A DNA stretch of 57,506 nt from Tubiluchus corallicola (Eukaryota; Animalia; Priapulida). The notes beneath the pieces are model-generated. The model was given only the letters and a program-made list of their open reading frames with translations, searched no databases and was not told where the DNA came from. Positions 30,994 to 40,021 of the stretch are shown in pieces (position 1 is the first letter of the stretch; every line of letters starts with the position of its first letter). The stretch lies in assembly GCA_030141605.1 (NCBI GenBank), contig JAQGDQ010002418.1, positions 1 to 57,506 on the forward strand, given 5' to 3'. Position numbers and translations under genes: made by a program.

Positions 30994-32034
30994 ATGAGCA
31001 AACTGACAAATATTTTAAAAGACTTTGATGAATTGAAAGACAATATGGATACCCTAATACATCTCGTCAATGAAAATGACGTCAAGTTTCAATGTTTTAG
31101 AACCATAGAGTATTCTCTTCTCCTTGCCCAGGATCTGGACTCCATATCCAATATGACTCTGAAGTATATAGAGGAGATATTTGAAGTGGATTTTGCCACC
31201 CTCTTTATAAATACGGATCATTACGGTTTTATGGAGAGCTTTATAGCAGATTATGACAATATCTTTGCGATATCAGAAGAGTCTATGAAGTATGCTTATA
31301 TCGAAAAACGCCCTTATCTAGGGGAAGGTCTGGGTTTATTTATTGAAGAGTTCAATCTGTACGATGGCGCGAACTCGTTTATGTTCATACCAATAGTAGA
31401 GAATGGCAAAGTCGTCGCCAGCCTAAACCTGTACAGCTCTACGAAAGATAGGCTCAGCATGAGTGGCGGGCTCGATTTCATCAAGGAGCTGGCAAAAACC
31501 GCAGCCATATCTTTGCGGAACATATACGTCAGATACAGCTTCGAAAATAAGAAAAAACTGGACAGTCTAGTCCCCGTATACGGCAAAAATATGCTCAGTG
31601 CATTTATGGATATCTATATGAAGAAGCTGGAAAATAGGGGTGTCGGTTTTGCCTTTATGCTTGTGGATATATGCAACTTTGATGAGGTGAATATCACTCA
31701 TGGGCACGATACCGGCGATTCTATTCTATCGGAATTTTGCAAAAAGGCTTCTGAATGTGTGTTTGAAGAAGATATTTTGGGTCGTTTTGGGGGTACCAGG
31801 TTTTACATCTTAAATGGACGAAATGATGTTGAAACCCTCAGGTATTTTGCCAAGTACCTCCAGGTCTGCATAGATGAAATTAGAGAAAAGTACGATTTGA
31901 GTAAAAATTTTGGATTGCGGGGCTCCGTTGTTACTGTTGAAAATGTGAGAAGTTGCAGCGACATCGTATCCCAAGCACATCTAAAGATGAGAGAGGCTGC
32001 AAACGTCCATGTCGGTCATTTTGCAGGTCTTTAA
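30994..32034 (+). CDS. GAF domain plus degenerate GGDEF domain protein
   Basis: GAF-like FIPIVENGKVVASLNL; VNITHGHDTGD and GRFGGTRF in place of GGDEF. Confidence 0.75.
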   Translation: MSKLTNILKDFDELKDNMDTLIHLVNENDVKFQCFRTIEYSLLLAQDLDSISNMTLKYIEEIFEVDFATLFINTDHYGFMESFIADYDNIFAISEESMKYAYIEKRPYLGEGLGLFIEEFNLYDGANSFMFIPIVENGKVVASLNLYSSTKDRLSMSGGLDFIKELAKTAAISLRNIYVRYSFENKKKLDSLVPVYGKNMLSAFMDIYMKKLENRGVGFAFMLVDICNFDEVNITHGHDTGDSILSEFCKKASECVFEEDILGRFGGTRFYILNGRNDVETLRYFAKYLQVCIDEIREKYDLSKNFGLRGSVVTVENVRSCSDIVSQAHLKMREAANVHVGHFAGL

Positions 32035-32070
32035 GATACAGTTGCTGATAAGAATTTAAGGGGGAGTTTT

Positions 32071-33354
32071 ATGATAATATCTAAGGACTCTGACAAGCTA
32101 AGACAGATAGCGTCACGGGATAGGGGTGTGAATAAGGAGCATCTTGATACCGTTTCAAAGATTGTGAATGATGTTCGCACATTGGGTGATGAAGCTCTAT
32201 TTAGGTATACCCGTCAATTTGACGGATTTGACATAAATCTCGACAATGCCGTGGTGGAAGCTTCTGAGATGAAGGACTGTTTTGATGAGCTTGACGCTCC
32301 CTTGCGGGAAGCGCTCCTTGGGGCAAAAGAGAACATTGTAGACTATCAAACAAAAGCTGTTGAGAAGAGCTGGCTGGACTTCTCGGACGATGGTACCGTC
32401 CTTGGCAGCAAGGTTACTCCTCTCTCAAGGGTTGGCGTTTACATCCCAGGTGGCAGCGCTACCTATTTCTCTTCCGTTCTGATGAATGTCGTTCCCGCAA
32501 AAGTTGCCGGTGTTGAAGAGATCATAGGTGTTACCCCTGCTGTGAATGGCGAGATAAACAGATCCGTCGTGGCAGCGGCTTATATTGCGGGAGTGACTAA
32601 GTTGATCAAGATCGGTGGTGCTCAAGCTATTGCGGCTCTAGCCTACTCCACAGAGACCGTGCCTGGAGTGGAGAAGATAGTTGGCCCCGGCAACATTTAC
32701 GTGGCTCTTGCAAAGAGGATGGTTTTTGGAGATGTGGGTATAGATATGATTGCAGGGCCCAGCGAAATTGCGGTTATTGCGGATGGCTCCTCTCCGGCTA
32801 GCTTTGTGGCGGCTGATATGTTGAGTCAAGCAGAACATGACGAGTTGTCGTCAGCCATAGGGATCACTTGGGATAAGTCGTACGCAAAGCGTATCGAAAA
32901 AGAGATATATAGACAACTACAGGCTCTGCCCCGCAAAGATATAGCGTCAAAGTCCATCGAAGATAACGGTGCCATAGTTTTGGTAAAAGATCTCGCCGAG
33001 GCTATCGATGTGGCAAACTCCCTTGCTCCTGAACATCTGGAGCTCATGATAAAGAAGCCCTTTGATGTGTTAGGACAGATTAGAAACGCTGGTGCAATAT
33101 TTGTGGGCGAGTGCTCCCCGGAAGCTTTGGGGGATTACTACGCTGGCCCTAGCCACGTACTGCCCACGAACGGCAGCGCAAAGTTTGCATCTCCCTTGAG
33201 CGTCAGGGATTTTGTCAAGCACTCAAGCGTTATAAGCTACTCCAAGGAGAGGTTTCTGCGTCATATGGGTGATGTAATGCTCATGGCGGAAAGGGAAGGG
33301 TTTGAAGCTCACAAAAATTCCGTTGCGATACGTTGCATGAAGAAGGGGGAGTAA
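32071..33354 (+). CDS. hisD: Histidinol dehydrogenase
   Basis: GPGNIYV, IDMIAGPSE, SQAEHD, APEHLEL, GPSHVLPT. Confidence 0.97.
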   Translation: MIISKDSDKLRQIASRDRGVNKEHLDTVSKIVNDVRTLGDEALFRYTRQFDGFDINLDNAVVEASEMKDCFDELDAPLREALLGAKENIVDYQTKAVEKSWLDFSDDGTVLGSKVTPLSRVGVYIPGGSATYFSSVLMNVVPAKVAGVEEIIGVTPAVNGEINRSVVAAAYIAGVTKLIKIGGAQAIAALAYSTETVPGVEKIVGPGNIYVALAKRMVFGDVGIDMIAGPSEIAVIADGSSPASFVAADMLSQAEHDELSSAIGITWDKSYAKRIEKEIYRQLQALPRKDIASKSIEDNGAIVLVKDLAEAIDVANSLAPEHLELMIKKPFDVLGQIRNAGAIFVGECSPEALGDYYAGPSHVLPTNGSAKFASPLSVRDFVKHSSVISYSKERFLRHMGDVMLMAEREGFEAHKNSVAIRCMKKGE

Positions 33355-33376
33355 CAACTCCCCCTCTTGGCTTTTT
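33344..33376. terminator. Hairpin, likely bidirectional terminator between hisD and the convergent operon
   Basis: AGGGGGAGT-AACA-ACTCCCCCT perfect 9-bp stem with a T-run shortly downstream. Confidence 0.7.
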
Positions 33377-33389
33377 GTAAAAGCTTGCT

Positions 33390-33581
33390 TTAGATGTTTT
33401 CCATCATATAGAATAGTAGTTGTTTGGGATCGAGATCGTTCTGTTCCGCAATCCTGTCGAGTTGCGTGAAAAATGATATGGCTTCCTCAGATACCTGATC
33501 TGCAGCTTCCCTTAACTCGTCATCTATGTCGGTTGCGTAATCTTCGTTGTATAGTTCTTCATCAAAATAGTTTGTGTTCAT
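33390..33581 (-). CDS. Small, highly acidic hypothetical protein
   Basis: 63 aa, 18 D/E versus 3 K/R; purine-rich RBS; last gene of a three-gene operon. Confidence 0.75.
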   Translation of the reverse strand: MNTNYFDEELYNEDYATDIDDELREAADQVSEEAISFFTQLDRIAEQNDLDPKQLLFYMMENI

Positions 33582-33599
33582 CTTTTCCCCCTTGATTGG

Positions 33600-33986
33600 T
33601 TAATGATTTAGATGGAGAGGTCTGTATTCGCGGATCTTGTTTATTTCCGTTTTCGTATCGTCCGTTATTCTGTCCACGGATATCCTGCACTCCAGGTCTA
33701 TTAGCTCTTCTGTAAGCTTCAGATAGTTTGGATTGGGATGCCTAAGGGCGATCAGGGCACCTTTCAGCCTCTCTTTATCGAGGGTGGACTCCAAAATGAA
33801 TTCATCACTGACAACAAACTCATCGTAGTTTTCACCATTGATGACAAAATTTAGCATAAGCGTCCAATTGCCACGGTGATTCTGGAGCATTTCTGCTTCC
33901 GACACCCTTGTACTGTAAATCCCCTTTTCTAAGATCTTAAGTCCGCTTTCTTGAATCCTTGACAGGTCTAGGTTTATAACAGCCAT
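33600..33986 (-). CDS. DUF669-like phage protein (putative ssDNA-binding OB fold)
   Basis: Pattern INLD...LxxGxYxxxVxEAE...LxLxFxI...L..LxCxIxV...NxIxxY resembles DUF669; AAGGAGG RBS. Confidence 0.7.
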   Translation of the reverse strand: MAVINLDLSRIQESGLKILEKGIYSTRVSEAEMLQNHRGNWTLMLNFVINGENYDEFVVSDEFILESTLDKERLKGALIALRHPNPNYLKLTEELIDLECRISVDRITDDTKTEINKIREYRPLHLNH

Positions 33987-34032
33987 CTATCTCCCTCCTT
34001 AAAAATTTTTAAAAAATAATACGCGATTGCCA

Positions 34033-34422
34033 CTAGCTTAAAGTCTCATAAGAGAACACAGGCTTTGCCTTTTTGTAATACGTGGCATCTGCAACCCTCC
34101 TTGACAATTCTTTGTCCTTGATGTTTGACAGAAGGGAACGATTGGCAACTCTGTAGTTTGCGCTGAACAGTGTGTCAAATACCTTGGGATAATCGTTTCG
34201 GAGCTCCTCCATCTTTGTTGCGTCCCACTTTCTTATCATCTTTGCTCTTGCCTTCACCTTTGTATTCTTGGTGAATATGTGGCAAGTCGTCGATCCGTTC
34301 GGAAATGTTAAAAACTTTGTCAACTCATCCTCCATCATCCTCAATTCTTCCTGCTTCTCCCTTATGGCGACCTTCAGAAGAGACGCCCTGTCAGCCAAAT
34401 ATTCAACATCTCTTGAAATCAT
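34033..34422 (-). CDS. Phage-like hypothetical protein (coiled coil plus basic beta domain)
   Basis: GGAGGT RBS; resembles small proteins found next to DUF669/AAA_24 genes in phage recombination modules (recognition only). Confidence 0.65.
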   Translation of the reverse strand: MISRDVEYLADRASLLKVAIREKQEELRMMEDELTKFLTFPNGSTTCHIFTKNTKVKARAKMIRKWDATKMEELRNDYPKVFDTLFSANYRVANRSLLSNIKDKELSRRVADATYYKKAKPVFSYETLS

Positions 34423-34460
34423 AAAACTACCTCCCAAAAGAATTTATCAATGTACCGGGA

Positions 34461-34489
34461 ATTATATCTTCATAATGAAGATATGTCAA
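34461..34489 (-). promoter_or_regulatory. Consensus sigma70 promoter with palindromic operator in the spacer
   Basis: Minus strand reads TTGACA-TA-TCTTCA-TTA-TGAAGA-TATAAT (17-bp spacer). A perfect 10-1-10 inverted repeat spans 34464..34484. Confidence 0.9.
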
Positions 34490-34499
34490 TGGTAAAAAG

Positions 34500-34514
34500 T
34501 CGTCATTATGAAGA
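34500..34514. promoter_or_regulatory. Second operator copy (one mismatch)
   Basis: TCGTCA-TTA-TGAAGA, 33 bp from the first copy. Confidence 0.75.
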
Positions 34515-34601
34515 TTGTGTTGATTTTAAAGTGGTTGCTTTTTTTGTCGTTTTCTATATGTATATTACTTGAGTAATTTAGTATTTTATGAGGTGTTTAC
34601 G

Positions 34602-34925
34602 ATGGCTTATGGTGATGTGAGGCTAGTGAAGCTTGTATCTGGAGAGACGGTTGTTGGTGAGTATGATGAGAAGGGGGACTGTTTGTTGAAGGTGGCATCT
34701 CTTCAGGTAAATCTTAGCACCAGTGGTGCACAAATATCGGTTTTGCCTTATGGTTTCCCTTTTGAAGACAAGCCTAGCGGGAAGATATCGATGAAGAACG
34801 TTATGTTTGAGTTTGAGAAGTGTTCTCAGGAGCTCATTGATAAGTATATTGAGATGAACAGCAGTATCCGGATAGAGAAAGATCTCGGTTCTCTGCAAGG
34901 TGGAGATAGTGGATTGCTGCTGTAA
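34602..34925 (+). CDS. Hypothetical protein, possible Sm/SH3-like barrel
   Basis: GAGGTG RBS; VRLVKLVSGETVVG beta-hairpin start; stop overlaps the Nudix start. Confidence 0.75.
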   Translation: MAYGDVRLVKLVSGETVVGEYDEKGDCLLKVASLQVNLSTSGAQISVLPYGFPFEDKPSGKISMKNVMFEFEKCSQELIDKYIEMNSSIRIEKDLGSLQGGDSGLLL

Positions 34926-35467
34926 TGTCTGAACGCTGGAAGCTTCTCGACATTGAGAGGGTGTATGAAGACAATATACTCAAGGTCGAGCACCACAACT
35001 ACTATTATGAGAGGGAGAAGGGGAGCGTCTGTTTCAGCGTTGTCAATATGTTCTCTCTGGTGATAGTGGTTCCGATGTTGTCAAACGGCAATCTGTTGCT
35101 GGTTCGTCAGTTTCGCGCTGGCAGGAGTGATTTTAGCTACGAGTTTCCCGGTGGTGCTGTTGCTCCTGGTGAAGGTTTTATTAATGCCGGCGAGAGGGAG
35201 CTCTTGGAAGAGACGGGGTGCGTATCTAAAGAAATCTCATTCATAAAGGAGATTAACCCAAACCCCGCCTTTGTGAAGAGCAGGTGTGGGATAATTTTAG
35301 CAGAGAATTGCGAAACGGTTTCTGAGCTCAACCTGGACAGGTTTGAAGATATCGAGGTTGTGGAAGTATCGCCGGAAGAGCTGGAAAGGATGATCATCGA
35401 AGGAAAAATTTATCACGGTATGATGATTGCCGCTTGGTTTCTGTGCAAACTTGAAGGAAAACGATAA
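34925..35467 (+). CDS. Nudix hydrolase (ADP-ribose pyrophosphatase-like)
   Basis: Nudix box GGAVAPGEGFINAGERELLEETG; LVRQFR and NPA motifs. Confidence 0.93.
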   Translation: MSERWKLLDIERVYEDNILKVEHHNYYYEREKGSVCFSVVNMFSLVIVVPMLSNGNLLLVRQFRAGRSDFSYEFPGGAVAPGEGFINAGERELLEETGCVSKEISFIKEINPNPAFVKSRCGIILAENCETVSELNLDRFEDIEVVEVSPEELERMIIEGKIYHGMMIAAWFLCKLEGKR

Positions 35468-35505
35468 ACCCAACACCATCTGACGTTGATGTAGTCTGCG
35501 TGTAC

Positions 35506-35544
35506 GTTGAGCAGGGTCTATGTGTTTGTATCCTGTTTCGCCAT
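35506..35544 (+). repeat. Degenerate upstream copy of the hemW 5' end
   Basis: 33/40 identity to 35595..35634 (6 transitions, 1 gap). Confidence 0.8.
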
Positions 35545-35592
35545 CTTTTCACGGCGATCTTGTTTATGGTAAGTTAGCGCATCTGGAGTGTT

Positions 35593-36699
35593 ATGTTGAG
35601 CAGGGGTCTATACGTTCATATCCCGTTTTGCCATTCGAAATGCCCTTATTGTGGGTTTTACTCCATTGTCGGGGATGAAGAGTTAAAATTGATGTACGTC
35701 GATCGTTTGCTTGAAGAGATAGCATCGATTGAGAATAAGGTATTTTCCACCATATACATAGGTGGCGGCTCCCCGTCCTCTTTGGGGTGTTCCCTCATTT
35801 CTAAGCTGATCGACGGCATTTATAGCCGGATTCAATATGAAAAGGTGGAGTTTACCGTTGAGGTGAATCCAGAGAGCGTAGATGAATCGCTCGTGAAGAT
35901 ACTGGATGATTGTGGGGTTAGCAGAGTTAGCGTCGGTTTCCAAAGCTTGGATGATGATGTGTTGAGGCTACTCGGAAGGAAGCATTCTGTCAAAACAGCC
36001 CTGAAAGCTTATGATGCACTGAGGTGCGGCAGATTTGCTGTGAATCTGGATGTAATGTTTGACATTCCCACAGTGCCCCAAAGCAAGATATATCGCACAT
36101 TAGAGGATATTATCTCCCTTGAGCCTGAGCATATTTCAGCTTATTCTTACACATTTGACACAGAGCACCTATCTTCTCACTCAGAATATTGTGATGATGC
36201 TCAGCAGTATATATCCGTTGGGGGCATTTTGCGGAGTAGTTGCTACAATAGATACGAGATATCAAACTATGCTTTGACGGGTCATGAAAGTGTGCACAAC
36301 AAACTGTACTGGGAGATGAAGGAGTATATCGGTATCGGGGCGTCTGCCCATTCATCCATTTACGACCAAGCCAACAGAAGATTGCGGATGAGCAATCCTG
36401 TGGATATAAACCGTTACATGGAGAACCCTGTTGCTTATGAGGAGGTAGAGCTGCTTGAACCCTATCCGCAACTGCTTGAGACGATTATTTTTGGGCTCAG
36501 GATGGATGAGGGTGTGGATTTTGGCACTATTCAGTCTTTCTTACCTCTTAAGAGTGTGTTAGATTATGATCTGCTGCACCGCAAAATATCGAAATTAGAA
36601 AAGGATGGTTTAGCCCAATGGACAGATACAAAACTTTCACTAACGGACGCAGGCAGGTTGTTGCTGGACTCTGTTTCGGACTATTTATGGGATTTTTGA
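35593..36699 (+). CDS. hemW: Radical SAM heme chaperone HemW (HemN-like)
   Basis: LYVHIPFCHSKCPYC, YEISNY, HNKLYW, IGIGASAHS. Confidence 0.9.
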   Translation: MLSRGLYVHIPFCHSKCPYCGFYSIVGDEELKLMYVDRLLEEIASIENKVFSTIYIGGGSPSSLGCSLISKLIDGIYSRIQYEKVEFTVEVNPESVDESLVKILDDCGVSRVSVGFQSLDDDVLRLLGRKHSVKTALKAYDALRCGRFAVNLDVMFDIPTVPQSKIYRTLEDIISLEPEHISAYSYTFDTEHLSSHSEYCDDAQQYISVGGILRSSCYNRYEISNYALTGHESVHNKLYWEMKEYIGIGASAHSSIYDQANRRLRMSNPVDINRYMENPVAYEEVELLEPYPQLLETIIFGLRMDEGVDFGTIQSFLPLKSVLDYDLLHRKISKLEKDGLAQWTDTKLSLTDAGRLLLDSVSDYLWDF

Positions 36700-36974
36700 T
36701 TATATGGTCCCTGGGGGGCAACGCTATTGCCATGGGAGATGGCGGTTGTGCTGGCGACTGCTCCACATGTCACGCCGACATTGTAAATATGGAGCAGCAT
36801 CTTTCGCTACAGACGTGCATAGATTGCCACAACTCTTCCATGGAGAAAAGGGTAAGTTTTTTGCCCACTAGCGGCGGAGGATGCGGTACAAACTGCTTCG
36901 ATTGTCACAGGAAGATCCCTAAAGACAGTTATCACAAACCACTCGAGACTTGCGTTGAGTGTCACGAAAAGTAG
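36687..36974 (+). CDS. Small tetraheme c-type cytochrome
   Basis: CSTCH, CIDCH, CFDCH and CVECH after a short hydrophobic leader. Start uncertain (ORF track gives 36618). Confidence 0.85.
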   Translation: MGFLIIWSLGGNAIAMGDGGCAGDCSTCHADIVNMEQHLSLQTCIDCHNSSMEKRVSFLPTSGGGCGTNCFDCHRKIPKDSYHKPLETCVECHEK

Positions 36975-37050
36975 GTCTCGTTAAGATCAACGGGCTTGAA
37001 ATTAGCGCAATAATGAGTTAACTTTTTCTGCACGGAGAATACATTATTAG

Positions 37051-38765
37051 ATGAAAACTTTTTCGAGACTGCTGTCTTACTTTAAGAAGTACAAGCTTCT
37101 TATTGCTGTTGCCCTGTTTGCGTCAGTCATCGTCGCAATATGCGAAAGCGTCAGCATTTATATGCTAAAGCCTACCTTGGACGGTATCTTCATAGATAAG
37201 AATAAGACCCTTTTGGTGTTGTTGCCTGTTCTGTTTGTCAGTGTCAATTTTGTCAAAGTTATTGCATCATTTTTCCAGAACTATATCTTGCGCAGCGTCG
37301 GTCAGAAGGTCTTGGGAGCTTTGCGCAACGACCTGTTTGGCAAGATTGTTCACCTTCCGATAGACTTCTTTAGCAACTCATCGACCGGAGAGTTGATCTC
37401 CAGGATATTGAATGATGTAAACTCCATGCAAAATGCGGTTCCGGTCTTTGCTCTCATCATCCGAAATGTGTTAACTATTCTGGGTCTTTCCTGTGTAATC
37501 CTCTACATGAGTTGGAAGCTTGCCATCATTGCGCTGATATTTTATCCATTTTTTGTATCTCCCGTAATTCGGGTGAGTAAATATATACGTAAGTATAGTG
37601 CAAAGAGACAGGCAAAGATGGGGGACTTAAGCTCATTTATCCAGGAGACATTCAGCGGTATCCGTGTGGTGAAGTCTTTTGTTATGGAAAAATATGAAAT
37701 CGGTCGGTTTGCAAAGGAGAACGCCAAGGATGTCAGATATCGTCTGCAGGTTGTAGCCGCAAGCGCTTCCACTTCTCCCATGCTGGAGTTTGTCGGTATC
37801 TTGGGCATCAGTCTTATCATATATTTTGGCGGCACGTCATTAACGGCGCGATGACGCCGGGTGAGTTTTTTGCATTTCTTGGAGCTTTGGGTGCTATTTT
37901 TGAGCCCGTCAAGAGGGTAGCAAACAGCAACAACGCCATACAGGAAGCGCTGGCAGCAGCAGATAGGGTGTTTGAAGTGCTGGATACAGAAAACGCCATA
38001 ATTGAGAACGACGGTGATCTGGACTGTGACGCCGTGGGCAAAGATATAGTCTTTAAAGATGTGCATTTTGACTATGGCAACGGCGATGTTTTGAAGGGTA
38101 TAAACTTCACCGCAAAGAGCGGCTCCACCATAGCCCTGGTGGGTTCATCCGGCGCCGGTAAGAGTACTGTCGTAAATCTTCTAAATAGATTTTACGATGT
38201 TACAAAAGGCTCAATAACCATAGGCGGCGTAGATTTGCGGGATTACAAACTTGCTTCACTGAGAAAGAATATAGGGGTAGTTGCCCAAGATCCGTTTTTG
38301 TTTGACAATACGGTGAAATACAATATCAGCTATGGGCTGGATGAAGCGTCCGACGAGGATATACGTGCGGCGGCTATTGCCGCATATGCGGATGAGTTTA
38401 TAAACCAGCTTGAGTACGGATACAGCACCCTGATAGGCGAAAGGGGCGTTAGGATGAGTGGCGGTCAGAGGCAGAGGTTGACCATAGCAAGAGCTGTATT
38501 GAGCAATCCTCCCATACTCGTCCTCGATGAGGCTACCAGCTCCCTTGACACGGAGTCTGAAAGAATTGTACAATTAGCTTTGGAAAACTTGATGAAGGGA
38601 AGGACCTGTTTTGTGATAGCCCACAGATTGAGCACTATACTGAAGAGTGATCTGATAATCGTCCTGGATGGCGGAGCTGTCGATTCCATCGGCAAACATA
38701 GTGACCTGCTAAAGACATCTGAATTGTATAAGAAGCTCTATCAGATGCAGTTTGATAAAACATGA
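37051..38765 (+). pseudogene. msbA: Lipid A flippase MsbA-like ABC transporter, split by a frameshift near 37835 (probably sequence error)
   Basis: TMD in 37051..37854; last TM helix plus NBD (GSSGAGKST, MSGGQRQR, LDEATS, IAHRLST) in 37851..38765; in an operon with lpxK. Confidence 0.85.
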
Positions 38766-39832
38766 AGGTGCTGCACTTTGATACAGGCAGAGAATGGCGC
38801 GGCGGACAGAGGCAGGCGCTGTTTTTGCATGAGGAGCTTTTAAAGCTTGGGGTTGAGAGTAATATAGTTTGCGAGAGAGGCGGCGAATTGCTGAAAAGAG
38901 GGAACTTCATCCCCTTTTCTTGGCGAAGTGAAGTTAGCATCTCTACAGTGTTTGAATTTCTCAAGATAATAAAAGAGTATGATCCGGATGTAATACATTC
39001 TCACGGTGCCCATACCGTTACGCCTTTGCTCTTCACAAAGATCTTTAATGGCAAACCAAAATTTGTAGCCACCAGAAGAACCGACTATAGCGTTAAGAAG
39101 CCGGTTTTGGGTGCACTGAAATACGATAATCGCCACTTAGATAGCTTGGTTGCCATATCCCAGGGGGTCAAGGATATACTCACAAATGACGGTATACACC
39201 CTGATAAGATTGAGGTCATACATTCTGGAGTCAGATTGTGTGATCAGTCTTTTGATGCGAAGGCTGTGCGTCTGGAGCTTGGCGTTTCTGAAGATGAAGT
39301 CTTGATAGGTACGACACAGAATCTATCCCCACACAAAGACCACTACACTATGCTTCGGGCTTTTAACGAAGCTTGTGACGCATCGTCAAATATTAGGTTG
39401 ATCGTCGTTGGAGATGGTCCTCTTCTCGATGACGTTCGTTCATTTGCCGCAGGGTTGAAGTGTTTTGATAAGGTGATACTTACCGGTTTTAGGGAGGATG
39501 TGCATCGCATACTTTCTGCCCTTGACATATATATGGTTTCCTCCAATAAGGAGGGTCTCAACACCTCCGTAATAGATGCCATGAGCATGTCGTTGCCGAT
39601 TATTGCCACGGATATAGGGGGGTTGCCTGAGCTTGTGGGTGATGGGGAGAATGGGCTTCTCGGCGATGTCGAAGATTTTTATACGCTCGGTGAGCATATT
39701 AAGACTATGAGCCGGAACATTGAGCTGCGCCAGGAAATGGGGAAAAAGGGGCGGGAAAAAGCTTCCTTCTTTTCTGCTGAGGCCATGGGGATGAAATACT
39801 TGGAACTCTACAGGAGGTTGGTGAAATTATGA
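38762..39832 (+). CDS. Family 4 glycosyltransferase (LPS core)
   Basis: WRGGQRQ, SSNKEGLNTSVIDAM, GGLPELV. Confidence 0.92.
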   Translation: MKVLHFDTGREWRGGQRQALFLHEELLKLGVESNIVCERGGELLKRGNFIPFSWRSEVSISTVFEFLKIIKEYDPDVIHSHGAHTVTPLLFTKIFNGKPKFVATRRTDYSVKKPVLGALKYDNRHLDSLVAISQGVKDILTNDGIHPDKIEVIHSGVRLCDQSFDAKAVRLELGVSEDEVLIGTTQNLSPHKDHYTMLRAFNEACDASSNIRLIVVGDGPLLDDVRSFAAGLKCFDKVILTGFREDVHRILSALDIYMVSSNKEGLNTSVIDAMSMSLPIIATDIGGLPELVGDGENGLLGDVEDFYTLGEHIKTMSRNIELRQEMGKKGREKASFFSAEAMGMKYLELYRRLVKL

Positions 39833-40021
39833 AGCTACCTCTAACGGCTGCCTACACATCGTACAATGAAGAGGACAATATCGCTGAGCATAGGATTTTG
39901 CGTCAAATATGGCATTCTTCATTGGGTACCTGGGCCTGTGGCGGCGTTCAGCGGATTTATACATCTGTTTATGAAGTACATCTATTTGTGGGAAATTGAA
40001 AGGAACGATCGTGACGAGTAA
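39829..40021 (+). pseudogene. GT2 glycosyltransferase (WaaE/KdtX-like) remnant with a large internal deletion
   Basis: ATG overlapping the GT4 stop gives MKLPLTAAYTSYNEEDNI (GT2 N-terminal motif). Another frame then reads KYGILHWVPG...FMKYIYLWEIE (KdtX-like C-terminus) to TAA 40021. Confidence 0.7.
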
